The notes beneath the pieces are model-generated. The model saw only the letters and a list, made by a program, of their open reading frames with translations, was not told where the DNA came from and searched no databases. Both the position numbers and the translations under genes were made by a program. A DNA stretch of 42,551 bases from Octopus bimaculoides (taxonomy: Eukaryota): positions 21,372,781 to 21,415,331 of the forward strand of contig NC_068981.1 in NCBI RefSeq assembly GCF_001194135.2. The letters run 5' to 3'. Positions 1 to 9,954 of this stretch are shown here, one piece after another (the first letter of the stretch is position 1; each line of letters opens with the position of its first letter).

Positions 1-233
1 GGCACATAAAAGACACCATTTCGAGCGTGGCCGTTTTCGTGCGGGTGACACGTAAAAGCACCCACTACACTCTCTGAGTGGTTGGCGTTAGGAAGGGCAT
101 CCAGCTGTAGAAACTCTGCCAAATCAGACTGGAGCCTGGTGTTGCCATCCGGTTTCACCAGTCCTCAGTCAAATCGTCCAACCCATGCTAGCATGGAAAG
201 CGGACGTTAAACGATGATGATGATGATGATGAT
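1..233 (+). mobile_element. Family A (RTE-LINE 3' UTR) young copy, truncated by the window edge, (GAT)7 tail
   Basis: Contains GGTTGGCGTTAGGAAGGGCATCCAGCTGTAGAAA...ACCCATGCTAGCATGGAAAGCGGACGTTAAAC(GAT)7, shared with many copies in the window; CpGs retained. Confidence 0.9.
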
Positions 234-544
234 ATATATATATGTAGGTGAGTGGACAAACAAAAGAAAGAGGTACTCAACACATTTAGTAGGAGTTGTA
301 TATATGATTTAAAACAGTTTAATTCGGTTCCTTGTGATTTAAATTTCTAATGGAAACCTAGCTTCTCTGGCTCACTTAACCAAATGATTCAGCTAACTGA
401 TCCCAATAAACTAGATTTCCGTAAAAAAGCCTTTGAAACTTTAAGTTGCATGGGACTGAATCAACCTGTTTTAAATAATAATAACACACACACACACACA
501 CACACACACGAGAGAGAGAGATAGCAACAGAGACAGACAAACAG

Positions 545-618
545 ACAGAATTTTATTGAATTTTGGGGTGTGGGGGTTATTAAGTCAATAATAGAGTTAT
601 GCACTAGTTCTATTTCCC

Positions 619-671
<53 letters not shown>

Positions 672-820
672 GTCAATTGGTTTACTTGTTGACCAATTAA
701 TTAATCAGTTGTTTGATTAATCATTCAGTCAATCAATCAATCAATCAGCAAGATTTTTCAAAGTCATTTATTTCATTACCATTCATGATCTCATCAATGA
801 CATACCCTCTCTAATCCCAG
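545..820 (+). repeat. One-armed copy (left arm plus spacer) of the foldback element at 15650-16040, with expanded internal (TTA)n at 623-670
   Basis: Motifs CTAGTTCTATTTC, TGATTAATCATTCAGTCA and ATTCATGATCT are colinear with 15701-15845. Confidence 0.7.
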
Positions 821-929
821 GTCTGCTTCAGGTCTGTTTCTGGTCTGTCTTCATTCAATGCTTATATCTTACTGCTACACAATATCAGACTTAGTACACA
901 GCGATTATACAATCTGCCCTTCACTCAGA

Positions 930-1360
930 GAGAGAGAGAGAAGCCTCTTGTTGCCACCCTGATTTCATGCTGGGCACTATACTTTCTCGACACCCCTATT
1001 CTCTGCAGATTAGGTAACCTAGGTAGCTGGACATATCAACTACTTCTGGTAAGTCTTCTATGTTGTTCAGAGAGTTCATTCGATGGACACCCTTACTGCT
1101 AACTACTCCTGAGCATTTACTTAAGATGAACTCTTTTGTCCATTAACCTGCCTATGATCTCACTGCATGTTTCATGCACATATACTCTATATTTGGTATA
1201 GGGTACAGAATCTTTACCTGCTCCTTTCCCACATATGAACCATGGCCACATCTCAGATGGCTATACAGTTTGATATTTTCTCCTACTACAACTTTTGTCT
1301 TTGTCAGTTGATATTTTGGCCTGTGATTCTAAGCCCTGTCTCTAAGTTTAGAACTTTTCC
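930..1360 (-). pseudogene. Decayed RTE-clade LINE ORF fragment (post-RT region, Cys-rich motif remnants)
   Basis: Frameshifted minus-strand translation gives GLRI..KINLTKTKVVVG ... EVVDMSSYLGYLI..GCRESIV..GW, matching the RTE pattern KVNxxKTKV...VDSFRYLGD..GGC.ES; same region as 21385-22420. Confidence 0.7.
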
Positions 1361-1397
1361 TTTATCTTTCTTTCTCTCTCTCTCTCTGTATACATAC

Positions 1398-1448
<51 letters not shown>

Positions 1449-1765
1449 TGTATGTGTGTGTGTGTATACACACACACAGACACATGCATATATGTTATAT
1501 ATGCATGTGTGTGTGTATGTCTGCATATATATATTTATATATATATTTATATATATATTTATATATATATTGTGCATATAGAGTATCTTTTGTTTAAAAA
1601 CACATCATTCAGTATATGTGTGTGTGTTCATGTGAGTATGTGTTCATTTGCCTATGTGTTCACGTGTATATGTTTGCCTGTGTGTGTAGACAAAGTAAGT
1701 CATGAAATGAAACAAAGCTTATTAGATATAAATGGAGTTGAAAGAAACCAGTGGAAAATTCACTC

Positions 1766-1885
1766 CCTCTCTCTCATTCTCTTTGGCTCTCTCTCTCATT
1801 CTCTTTGTTTCTCTCTCTCATTCTCTTTGTCTCTCTCTCTCATTCTCTTTGTTTCTCTCTCTCATTCTCTTTGTCTCTCTCTCTT
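1766..1885. repeat. About 22-bp CT-rich minisatellite (TCTCTCTCTCATTCTCTTTG(T/G)x), about 5 units; adjoining (TG)n/(TA)n tracts at 1373-1600
   Basis: Direct repetition visible in sequence. Confidence 0.85.
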
Positions 1886-2233
1886 TCTTTTTGTCTCTCA
1901 AACACCACACACACACACCTACTCCCACGCAGACACACACTAATTGTTGCTCATAAAACATGAAGGTCAACTTGTCAGTTATTAATTAATATATATTATA
2001 TTAATAATGTGAAGTTATTAAAGGTATTTCATAGTAAAACAGGTAAGTATTAACAGATGTTACAATTTCTGAAACAATTATGGATATAATCTCTAAACGT
2101 CTTTCATAAACTGAACTGATTGACAAGCAGAAGATATGTCCAAATACCAATGAGTTATTTATTTACTCACCTTTGTGCTGCCATCTCCAGGTAAATATCA
2201 GTAGGCAGCAACTATTTCACAAACCCACAGTGA

Positions 2234-2454
2234 CCCTTTTGTTACCATATTTCTGTTGAAATATGATGCCTTTGCTTCAATTATTTTTAACAATAATTAA
2301 GACTTTATCAGAATAATTTTGTCATCATTAAGATGGTGTTTGGAACAAAAATTTACATGAAATTTTAATGGGGAGTTTTAATTTAGATCTCTTTAAAGAG
2401 GAAATTTGTATCACTGAAGCAAGGGCATTCTCAGGTGGGTTGGCATTAAAATGG
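2234..2454 (+). mobile_element. piggyBac-like MITE, about 220 bp, degenerate copy
   Basis: Starts CCCTTTTGTTACC, ends GGCATTAAAATGG followed by TTAA (2455-2458); colinear with 7325-7544. Confidence 0.65.
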
Positions 2455-2637
2455 TTAAACAACATTGGAAACATGAGGATATTGATTTTTTTTTCTTAGG
2501 CACAAAGCCACAGCTATCTTCTTAGTTTTTTATTTTTATGTTGGATGGTGATGGTGGTGGAGGGACTGAAGTTGACTATATCAAACCCAATATATGACAG
2601 AGGCTTATTATATCAACACAGAAGGAGGAAAATAAAC

Positions 2638-2865
2638 AGCGAGCTGGCAGAAACGTTAGCATGCCGGGCAAAATGCTTAGCAGTGTTTCATCTGTCTTTG
2701 TGTTCTGAGTTCAAATTCCACCGAGGTCGACTTTGCCTTTCATCCTTTTGGGGTCGGTAAATTAAGTACCAGTTACGCACTGGGGTCGATGTAATCGACT
2801 TAATCCCTTTGTCTATCCTTGTTTGTCCCCTCTATGTTTAGCCCCTTGTGGGCAATAAAGAAATA
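2638..2865 (+). mobile_element. SINE-D, tail type 1, with 18-bp TSD
   Basis: TSD AGAAGGAGGAAAATAAAC at 2620-2637 and 2866-2883; D core and ...GGCAATAAAGAAATAAG tail; near-identical to 9955-10182. Confidence 0.9.
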
Positions 2866-2883
2866 AGAAGGAGGAAAATAAAC

Positions 2884-2980
2884 GTTAACCTCAATAGGTT
2901 TGAATTCTGAAAGTAAAGGTCCATAACCTAATACTGTAAGACATCTTGTCTGCTGGTCTAATAATTCTGCCAACAGCCCC
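2884..2980 (-). mobile_element. Older SINE-D head, antisense, interrupted by the 2638-2865 copy
   Basis: Reverse complement reads ...TTGGCAGAATTATTAGACCAGCAGACAAGATGTCTTACAGTATT...TTCAGAATTCAAACCTATTGAGGTTAAC, the D head pattern. Confidence 0.6.
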
Positions 2981-3182
2981 TATTCTATGCTCTTTGTCTT
3001 TTAGAGGTATTGCTAATAATCTTGTAATAGCTCAGCTACAAAAACATAAGCAATTTCAGTTGACAGCATGATGATGAATATGAAGTAGTTAACTGTCTTG
3101 TTTCAATCTTGTAACTGATATATATATTTAGTATTGATGTACAATTATACATTGGTATATACAAATAAAGTAAAACTCACAC

Positions 3183-3435
3183 TCATCATTGTCATCATTG
3201 TTGTCATGATGATGATGATCATCATCATCGTTGTCGTCATCATGATCATCATTCAATGTTTGTTTTCCATAAAGGCATGGGTTGGATAGTTTGACAGAAT
3301 CCGATGGTCCAAGATTGCTCCATACTCCAAAGTCTGCTTTTGCATAGTTTCTACAGCTGGATGGCCTTCTAACACTAACCACTATACAGTGTGTGCTGAG
3401 TGCTTTATTTGTGCCACCAGCACTACTGAGGTTGC
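3183..3435 (-). mobile_element. Family A copy (older)
   Basis: Reverse complement of the A 3' end with (CAT)n tail and GTTGGATAG...CTACAGCTGGATGGCCTTCT. Confidence 0.8.
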
Positions 3436-3479
3436 CATTTAGCTTGCAAACCTACTAACTCGTACGTATGTACATACAT

Positions 3480-3624
3480 ACTTACATCAAAACTTCTGTC
3501 AAATGTAAACATAACACGCCAGATATTGTCATTTGGGACAGAGGGGCAAAGGTAAATATCATCATAGAGGTATACACCTGCCCTGTAGATATATCTTTTG
3601 GATTTATGTTTTCTACAAACCATA

Positions 3625-3664
<40 letters not shown>

Positions 3665-3740
3665 TTAAATTCAAATTATGATGAAAGTAAACAGACAAAC
3701 GAAGTTTGCTTTAGAAGCAGTGAGATATTAAAGAAGTGAT
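3480..3740 (+). pseudogene. C-terminal restriction-like endonuclease (RLE) fragment of an R2/R4/NeSL-group non-LTR retrotransposon, split by (TA)n
   Basis: IKTSVKCKHNTPDIVIWDRGAKVNIIIEV.TCPVDI matches the RLE motif KHNRPDIVxWD...IxEVSCP (PD-D/ExK type). Confidence 0.7.
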
Positions 3741-3875
3741 TTTTTTTTTTTTAAATTCTCAAACACAGGATAATGCTAATAATATAGCCTGAACAGGATA
3801 AAACTACCCCTATTTTGCAGAGAAACTTTATTATTTGTAAATCTCTCAATGAGAGATATACAGTAACAGTACTTT

Positions 3876-4034
3876 AAAATAAAGATTATTTGCCAACATA
3901 ATATGGCAGTCCCAGCTGGGATGAATGTTACTTTTGTTTTGGCCCCAGGAAATGATGTTTCCTGGGGCCAAAACAACAGTAACATTCATCCCAACTTGGA
4001 CTGCCACATTATGTTGGCAAATAATCTTTACTTT
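3876..4034. repeat. Near-perfect 159-bp inverted repeat (77-bp arms, 5-nt loop, 5 mismatches); MITE-like or hairpin
   Basis: Base-by-base pairing of 3876-3952 with 3958-4034; loop TGATG. Confidence 0.95.
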
Positions 4035-4035
4035 C

Positions 4036-4530
4036 GTCATCATCATCATCATCATTTAACGTCTGCTTTCCATGCTAGCATGGGCTGAACGGTTTGACTG
4101 AGGACTGGTGAGCCAGATGGCTGCACCAGGCTTCAATCTGATCTGGCAGAGTTTCTACAGCTGGATGCCCTGCCTAACGCCAACCACTCCAAGAGTGTAG
4201 TGGGTGCTTTTACGTGTCACCAGTATGAAGGCTAGTCAGGCGGTACTGGTGATGGCCACACTCAAATGGTGTTTTTCATGTGCCACCCACACAGTAGCCA
4301 GTCCAGTGGCACTGGCAATGACCTTGCTCGAATATTGTTTATCATGTGCCACTGACACAAGTGCCAGTAAGGCGACGCTGGTAACGATCACGCTCAAATG
4401 GTGCCTTTTATGTGCCACCAGCACGGGAGCCAGTCAGTGTCCCTGGCAACGATCATGCTGAGATGGTGCTTTTAACATTCCACTGGCACGGGTGCCAGTC
4501 AGGTGGTGCTGTCATTGGCCACATGAGCGA
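4036..4530 (-). mobile_element. Family A copy with 65-66-bp internal tandem units
   Basis: A tail at 4036-4080; about 5 units recurring at roughly 4268, 4334, 4400 and 4465. Confidence 0.85.
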
Positions 4531-4550
4531 ATTTGATTTTGATTGATTTT

Positions 4551-4596
<46 letters not shown>

Positions 4597-4750
4597 TTAA
4601 ATATGTATATTTAATTAAATTCTATGTTTTTGTGCAGCTGAAGATTGCTCTGCATTTTAAATTGATGTAATGATTACATTGTTCAATTAAATGGAGTTGT
4701 ATGAAACGATTGCACTGCATTACCTCTGGATATCCTTGTTGCTTATTTTG

Positions 4751-4786
<36 letters not shown>

Positions 4787-4790
4787 GTCC

Positions 4791-4841
4791 CACCCATGCT
4801 AGCATGGAAGGCAGATGTTAAAGAATGATGATGATGATGAT
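4791..4841 (+). mobile_element. Family A tail-only insertion
   Basis: CACCCATGCTAGCATGGAAGGCAGATGTTAAAGAAT(GAT)n next to (TA)n. Confidence 0.7.
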
Positions 4842-4859
4842 ATGTATATATATATGTAT

Positions 4860-5726
4860 CATCATCTTCATGATCATCATCTTCATCAATTTGACATTTT
4901 CTTTCTATGCTTGCATGTGTCAAATGAGAGTACATTGGGGCAGAGCTTTGCAACAGTTGAATGCCCTTCCTGATGCCAACCCCCTCCTATTTCCAAGTAA
5001 GATAATAATCTCTCAGTTTATCACACAACAAACAGCTCGGACATGATTTTATAGAGAACTGGCAACAAACAACACTTATGAATGAGCCTTTTGTTAAAGA
5101 TCATGCAACATGTCAAAGCAAGTTAAGAAGTTTGGACACGCTTTTACTGTGGACTGCAAGCAAATGACACTGTGTGTATGAACAGTGAGGCCTTTCTTTA
5201 TAATCAACGAAAACATGTGAAGATGATGGGGGATGCAAAACTGTGCATGCAAACACTCATACACATGCACACACACACACACACATGCACACACACACAC
5301 ACTCACATGCATACATACATACTCACATGCACATACATACTCACATGCACATACATACTCACATGCACATACACACATATACACTCACACATTTACACAC
5401 ATACATATAGTGCAGGTGCAAGCATAGCTGGAGGGCAGGAACAGTAGGGGTGGTTTGCTCCAGGCGGCACTCATGGGTCTGCTGGAGGTAATATACGTTT
5501 TCTGTGAGGTCTGGGGATGGCCAACAGAAGGGCTGCCCCAGGCGGTACTCACTTTAGCTATGCTAGTGACTGCGGGGATGGGTTCTTTCATTTTCCATGT
5601 ACCAAAATCTGCTTACAAGGCTTTAATTGCCTTTGGGTTATAGTAGCAGATGCTTGCCCAAGGTGTTATTCCAATGATCTGAATCCCAAACCATGTGGTT
5701 GGGAAGCAAACTGCTTAACCACACAG
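4860..5726 (-). mobile_element. SINE-B2 (B head, microsatellite, RTE-type tail), interrupted by a MITE; a second B head fragment at about 5765-5850
   Basis: On the minus strand: head 5726-5575 (CCTTGGGCAAG...GAAAGAACCC), AC-rich tract 5410-5240 (includes an 18-bp ATACATACTCACATGCAC repeat), tail with GGAAGGGCATTC...CATGCAAGCATAGAAAG. Confidence 0.7.
5412..5573. mobile_element. 162-bp GC-rich MITE with 18-bp imperfect TIRs
   Basis: GCAGGTGCAAGCATAGCT (5412-5429) versus reverse complement of 5556-5573, GCAGTCACTAGCATAGCT; internal motif CCAGGCGG(C/T)ACTC occurs twice. Confidence 0.6.
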
Positions 5727-5934
5727 CTTTGCTTAGATCTACTCTTAACCACAAAGTCCTTCCTGCATCTATTCTTGCCCAAGGACATTTGTATGGTGTC
5801 ATTGACCCCAGAACCATGATGTTGCAAAACTGCTTCTTAAACAGACAACAATGTCTACAATTATAGAGAATAGTTATATATTTTTATACATCTAATCTCA
5901 ACTTTAGAGACGGAATGTTTTTTCAGCATCTACA

Positions 5935-6300
5935 TAAAAAAACACCTGTGCCGGTGTCACATAAAAATTACCAACACCAGTGCCACTTAAAAAGCACCCG
6001 TGCTGGTGCCACATGAAAAGCACCTGTGCCACCATCACATAAAAAGCACCTGTACCAGCACCACATAAGAAGCACCCATACTGGGCTACATGTAAAGCAC
6101 CCATGCTGGGGCCACATAGAGAGCACCTGTGCCAACTCCTTGTAATAAGCACTTGTGTCAATGGTGTGTAAAAAGCACCCAGCACACTCTGTAAAGTGGT
6201 TGGCGTTAGGAAGGACGTCCAGCCTTAGAAACCAAGCCAAATCAGACTGGAACCTATTCTAGCTCTGGTCAAACCTTCCAGAATGGAAAATAGATGTTAA

Positions 6301-6335
<35 letters not shown>
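5935..6335 (+). mobile_element. Family A copy with nine 26-bp tandem units, followed by (GAT)n/(GGT)n to about 6391
   Basis: GCACC anchors at 5942, 5994, 6020, 6046, 6072, 6097, 6123, 6149 and 6175, then the A 3' end. Confidence 0.85.
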
Positions 6336-6336
<1 letters not shown>

Positions 6337-6882
6337 GTGGTCGTGGTGGTGGTCGTGGTGGTGGTCGTGGTCGTGGTGGTGGTCGTGGTGATAATTAAGA
6401 TGATATTTTGATCAGTTTGATCTCCAATTGTCATCAGATGTCTTTACCTCTACGAGTCAGCTGACTAGTGAATTGAAGTGTTATTTACATGTAGTTTAGA
6501 AATGAAACTTATTTTACTCATCTTGAATCCAGTCTGGTATTATATGCATATCTTGGAATAAGCCATGTGTTGACAACTGGAGATTAAATTAACCAAAATA
6601 AAGTATAGATATATATAGTACAGACGTAAATATTTTTTTTTTTAAATCTTTCTTTGCTGAAGATGAAGTTAACAATCTGTAAAACTTATAATTGTAATAA
6701 TTACTCATTTTAAATATTTAGTCATTTAATCCAAATTATAGGGTGCTGACAGTTGAACTGTAAATGTCAGATAAACTTATTTTACATTAATTCTCAAATT
6801 ATAAAGACAAGATAAAATAATTCCAATGAGTTTAAACAAAAGAGATAAAATGATTATTATTTCAAAGTGAATTATAAAGAAA

Positions 6883-7298
6883 GGCACAGGAGTGGCTGTG
6901 TGGTAAGTAGCTTGCTTACCAACCACATGGTCCCAGGTTCAGTCCCATTGCGTGGCACCTTGGGCAAGTGTCTTCTACTATAGCCTCGGGTCGACCAAAG
7001 GCTTGTGAGTGGATTTGGTAGACGAAAACTGAAAGAAGCCTGTCGTATATATGTATATATATGTATGTGTGTGTTTGTGTGTCTGTGTTTATCCCCCCAG
7101 CATTGCTTGACAACTGATGGTGGTGTGTTTACGTCGCTGTAACTTAGCGGTTCGGCAAAAGAGGCCGATAGAATAAGTACTAGGCTTCCAAAGAATAAGT
7201 CCTGGGGTTGATTTGCTCGACTAAAAGGCGGTGCTCCAGCATGGCCGCAGTCAAATGACTGAAACAAGTAAAAGAGTAAAAGAGAAAGAGTAAAGAAT
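6883..7298 (+). mobile_element. SINE-B1, full length (tRNA-like head, CORE-like domain, internal TA/TG tract, GACTGAAACAAGTAAAAGA tail)
   Basis: A-box-like TGGCTGTGTGG and B-box-like GGTTCAGTCCC; CCTTGGGCAAGTGTCTT core; multiple homologous copies. Confidence 0.85.
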
Positions 7299-7324
7299 AT
7301 TGGTGGTTTCTTTTGTATGTTTAA

Positions 7325-7544
7325 GCCTTTTGTTACTGTATTTATTTTGAGATGTTCTGTGTTTCTCTCAATTACTTTAAATATAACAAAGAATTTAGTA
7401 AAATAACTTGGTTATCATTAAGCTAGTGTTAGGAACATAAATTGTGACTAAGGTTTGGGGGAAGATTTTAATTAAAAACTTATGAAAACAAGACATTTGT
7501 ACTTAGAGCCAGAGCCAGTTTCAGCTGGGTTGGTAACGAAAGGG
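7325..7544 (+). mobile_element. piggyBac-like MITE, 220 bp, TTAA TSDs
   Basis: TTAA(7321-7324)-GCCTTTTGTTAC...GGTAACGAAAGGG-TTAA(7545-7548). Confidence 0.75.
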
Positions 7545-7588
7545 TTAAGGGTTGAAGGATGTATCATTCATAAGTTACATTATCTTGG

Positions 7589-7905
7589 CATGTGGTTTAG
7601 TGGTTTGAGTATTTGGCTTATGATCATAAGGTTGTGAGTTCAATTCCCAGCAGTGTATTGTGTCCTTGAGCAAGAAACTTTATTTCACATTGCTCCAGTC
7701 AACTCAGCTGGCAAAAGTGTGTAACACCTGTATTTCAAAGGGCCAGCCTTGTCACACTCTGTGTCACGATGAATCTCCCTGAGAACTACATTAAGAGTAC
7801 ATATGTCTGTGGAATACTCAGCCACTTGCATGCTAATTTCACGAGCAGACTGTTCTGTTGATCAGATCAACTGGAAACCTCATCACCATAGCCAACGAAG
7901 TGCCA
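7589..7905 (+). mobile_element. SINE-R copy
   Basis: tRNA-like head, TGTCCTTGAGCAAG core, and 3' body AAGGGCCAGCCTTGTCACACT...GATCAACTGGAA...GTGCCA shared with 13059-13444. Confidence 0.85.
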
Positions 7906-7925
7906 GTTTTTTTTATCTTGGCAGC

Positions 7926-8345
7926 ACCTTAGGCAAGTACCTTCTACAGCTGCAGACTTGGCTGTGTAATTAAAAAGCTTGCTTCCTAACCATGTGGTTC
8001 TAGGTTCAGTCCTACAGCATGGCACTCTGAGTAAGTACCATCTTGTATAGTCTTGGGCCAACCAAAGCCTTGTGAGTAGATTTGGTTGATAGAAACTGAA
8101 AGAAGTTTGTTGTGTATATATTATATGTGTGTGTGTATGTATATGTATATGTATGTGTTTGTGTATACCCCTGACGAGACATTATATGATGGTTGTAAAT
8201 GAGCGTTGTTATCATACATGTGAGGTTGTCCATTTGCAGTGTTCCATGAAAAAAAAAAAAGACAAGAAGGGCATCTGGCCATAGAAAATCTGCCTCAACA
8301 AATGCCATCAGACCCATGCAAGCATGGAAAAGTGGACATTAAAAC
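7926..8345 (+). mobile_element. SINE-B2 (B head, microsatellite, RTE-type tail); preceded by a short extra head fragment
   Basis: B head to GAAAGAAG at about 8105, then GTTGTAAATGAGC...GAAGGGCATC...GACCCATGCAAGCATGGAAAAGTGGACATTAAAAC. Confidence 0.75.
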
Positions 8346-8375
8346 TATAATAGTGGTGGTGGTGGTGGTGATGAT

Positions 8376-8535
8376 GTTAGGAAGGGCATCCAGCCATAAA
8401 AATCCTGCCAAAACAGAGAAGTCTGATGCAGGCTCCTGGCTGGCCAGCTCTTTTCAAACTGTCCAACCCATGCCAGCATTGAAGGTGGGCATTGGGGTGT
8501 TCATGTTCCTGTAACTTAGCAGCTCGGCAAAAGAG
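8376..8535 (+). mobile_element. Family A 3' fragment fused to a SINE-B1 tail fragment
   Basis: GGAAGGGCATCCAGCC...GTCCAACCCATGCCAGCAT then GGTGTTCATGTTCCTGTAACTTAGCAGCTCGGCAAAAGAG. Confidence 0.65.
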
Positions 8536-8577
8536 ATGATGAGGAGGAGGAGGAGGAGGAGGAGGAGGAGGAGAAGG

Positions 8578-8955
8578 NNNNNNNNNNNNNNNNNNNNNNN
8601 NNNNNNNNNNNNNNNNNNNNNNNNNNNNNNNNNNNNNNNNNNNNNNNNNNNNNNNNNNNNNNNNNNNNNNNNNNNNNNNNNNNNNNNNNNNNNNNNNNNN
8701 NNNNNNNNNNNNNNNNNNNNNNNNNNNNNNNNNNNNNNNNNNNNNNNNNNNNNNNNNNNNNNNNNNNNNNNNNNNNNNNNNNNNNNNNNNNNNNNNNNNN
8801 NNNNNNNNNNNNNNNNNNNNNNNNNNNNNNNNNNNNNNNNNNNNNNNNNNNNNNNNNNNNNNNNNNNNNNNNNNNNNNNNNNNNNNNNNNNNNNNNNNNN
8901 NNNNNNNNNNNNNNNNNNNNNNNNNNNNNNNNNNNNNNNNNNNNNNNNNNNNNNA
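8578..8955. other. Assembly gap (378 N), flanked by (GAG)n and (CAC)n/(AAC)n tracts
   Basis: Run of N. Confidence 1.
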
Positions 8956-9033
8956 GTCACCATCACCATCAAGACCAGCATCACTATCGATATCACCACC
9001 ACTACCACTACTGCCGCCGCCACCACCGCCACC

Positions 9034-9065
<32 letters not shown>

Positions 9066-9298
9066 CAACAACAACATTGTGTTTTTAGTTCCTATTTTAT
9101 GTCCCACCATAATATGAATATGTTGTGATGTAAGGGAACTTATGCCAGTTTTTAAGTTCTAAGCCCTTCAGAAGACAAGGATTCGCAAGTAGATATTTTA
9201 GCTCAGTAATGGCACATGGTGAAGTTGTGGCTCTAATGCTCACAAAGGTGAATGACCTAAACCTTTCAATGGGGGCTGTAGCTTTGTGATATCTCGAT

Positions 9299-9553
9299 GG
9301 ACTGGCTCCTGTGCAGGTGGCACGTAAAATACACCATTTTGAGTGTGGCCGTTGCCAGTACTCGCCTACTGGCCCTCATGCCGGTGGCACGTAAAAGCAC
9401 TCACTACACTCTCGGAGTGGTTGGCGTAAGGAAGGGCATCCAGCTGTAGAAACTCTGCCAAATCAGATTGGAGCCTGGTGTCGCCTCCTGGTCCACCAGT
9501 CCTCAGTCAAATCGTCCAACCCATGCTAGCATGGAAGGCGGACGTTAAACAAC

Positions 9554-9580
<27 letters not shown>
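9299..9580 (+). mobile_element. Family A copy (65-66-bp-unit subfamily)
   Basis: Two repeat units plus complete A 3' end and (GAT)n. Confidence 0.9.
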
Positions 9581-9585
<5 letters not shown>

Positions 9586-9639
9586 GCCCACCACAGCAGC
9601 AGCAACAGCAACAACAACAACAACAACAATTGCTTTACG

Positions 9640-9850
9640 CTTTGACACAAGGCCAGCAATTTTAAGGAAAGCAGATTGGTCAATTTCACCAGCCTCAGTG
9701 TTCAACTGGTTCTTATTCTATCATACTTTAAAGGACGAAAAAGCAAAGTTGACTCTGGCACAATTTGAACACAGAATATAAAGATCCAAAAGAAATGCCA
9801 ATAAACATTTTGTCCAGTATTCTGATGATTCTGCTAGCTCACCATCACCA
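9640..9850 (-). mobile_element. SINE-D, tail type 2 (older)
   Basis: Reverse complement of the D head and core; ACACAAGGCCAGCAATTT tail. Confidence 0.75.
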
Positions 9851-9954
9851 TCTTAAATTCTGCCAGCTTGCTGCCTTATGAAATTGCTGCATATGGTGCT
9901 CAACTGCATTACAAGTCATTAGAACAGGGTAAAAGCAGGTACAGAAAACAGCAA

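Noticed and set aside
1242-1963. 233-aa ORF and overlapping ORFs
   Set aside because: They are translations of (TG)n, (TA)n and CT-rich repeats (VCVC, YIYI, SLSL). The same applies to the ORFs at 5094-5447, 19935-20373, 20551-21166, 23114-23612, 27731-28061, 33279-33800 and 38078-38431.
8454-9117. Long ORFs spanning N runs (also 10209-10452 and 33886-34699)
   Set aside because: Open only because of assembly gaps; only the 34441+ part is real TE coding sequence.
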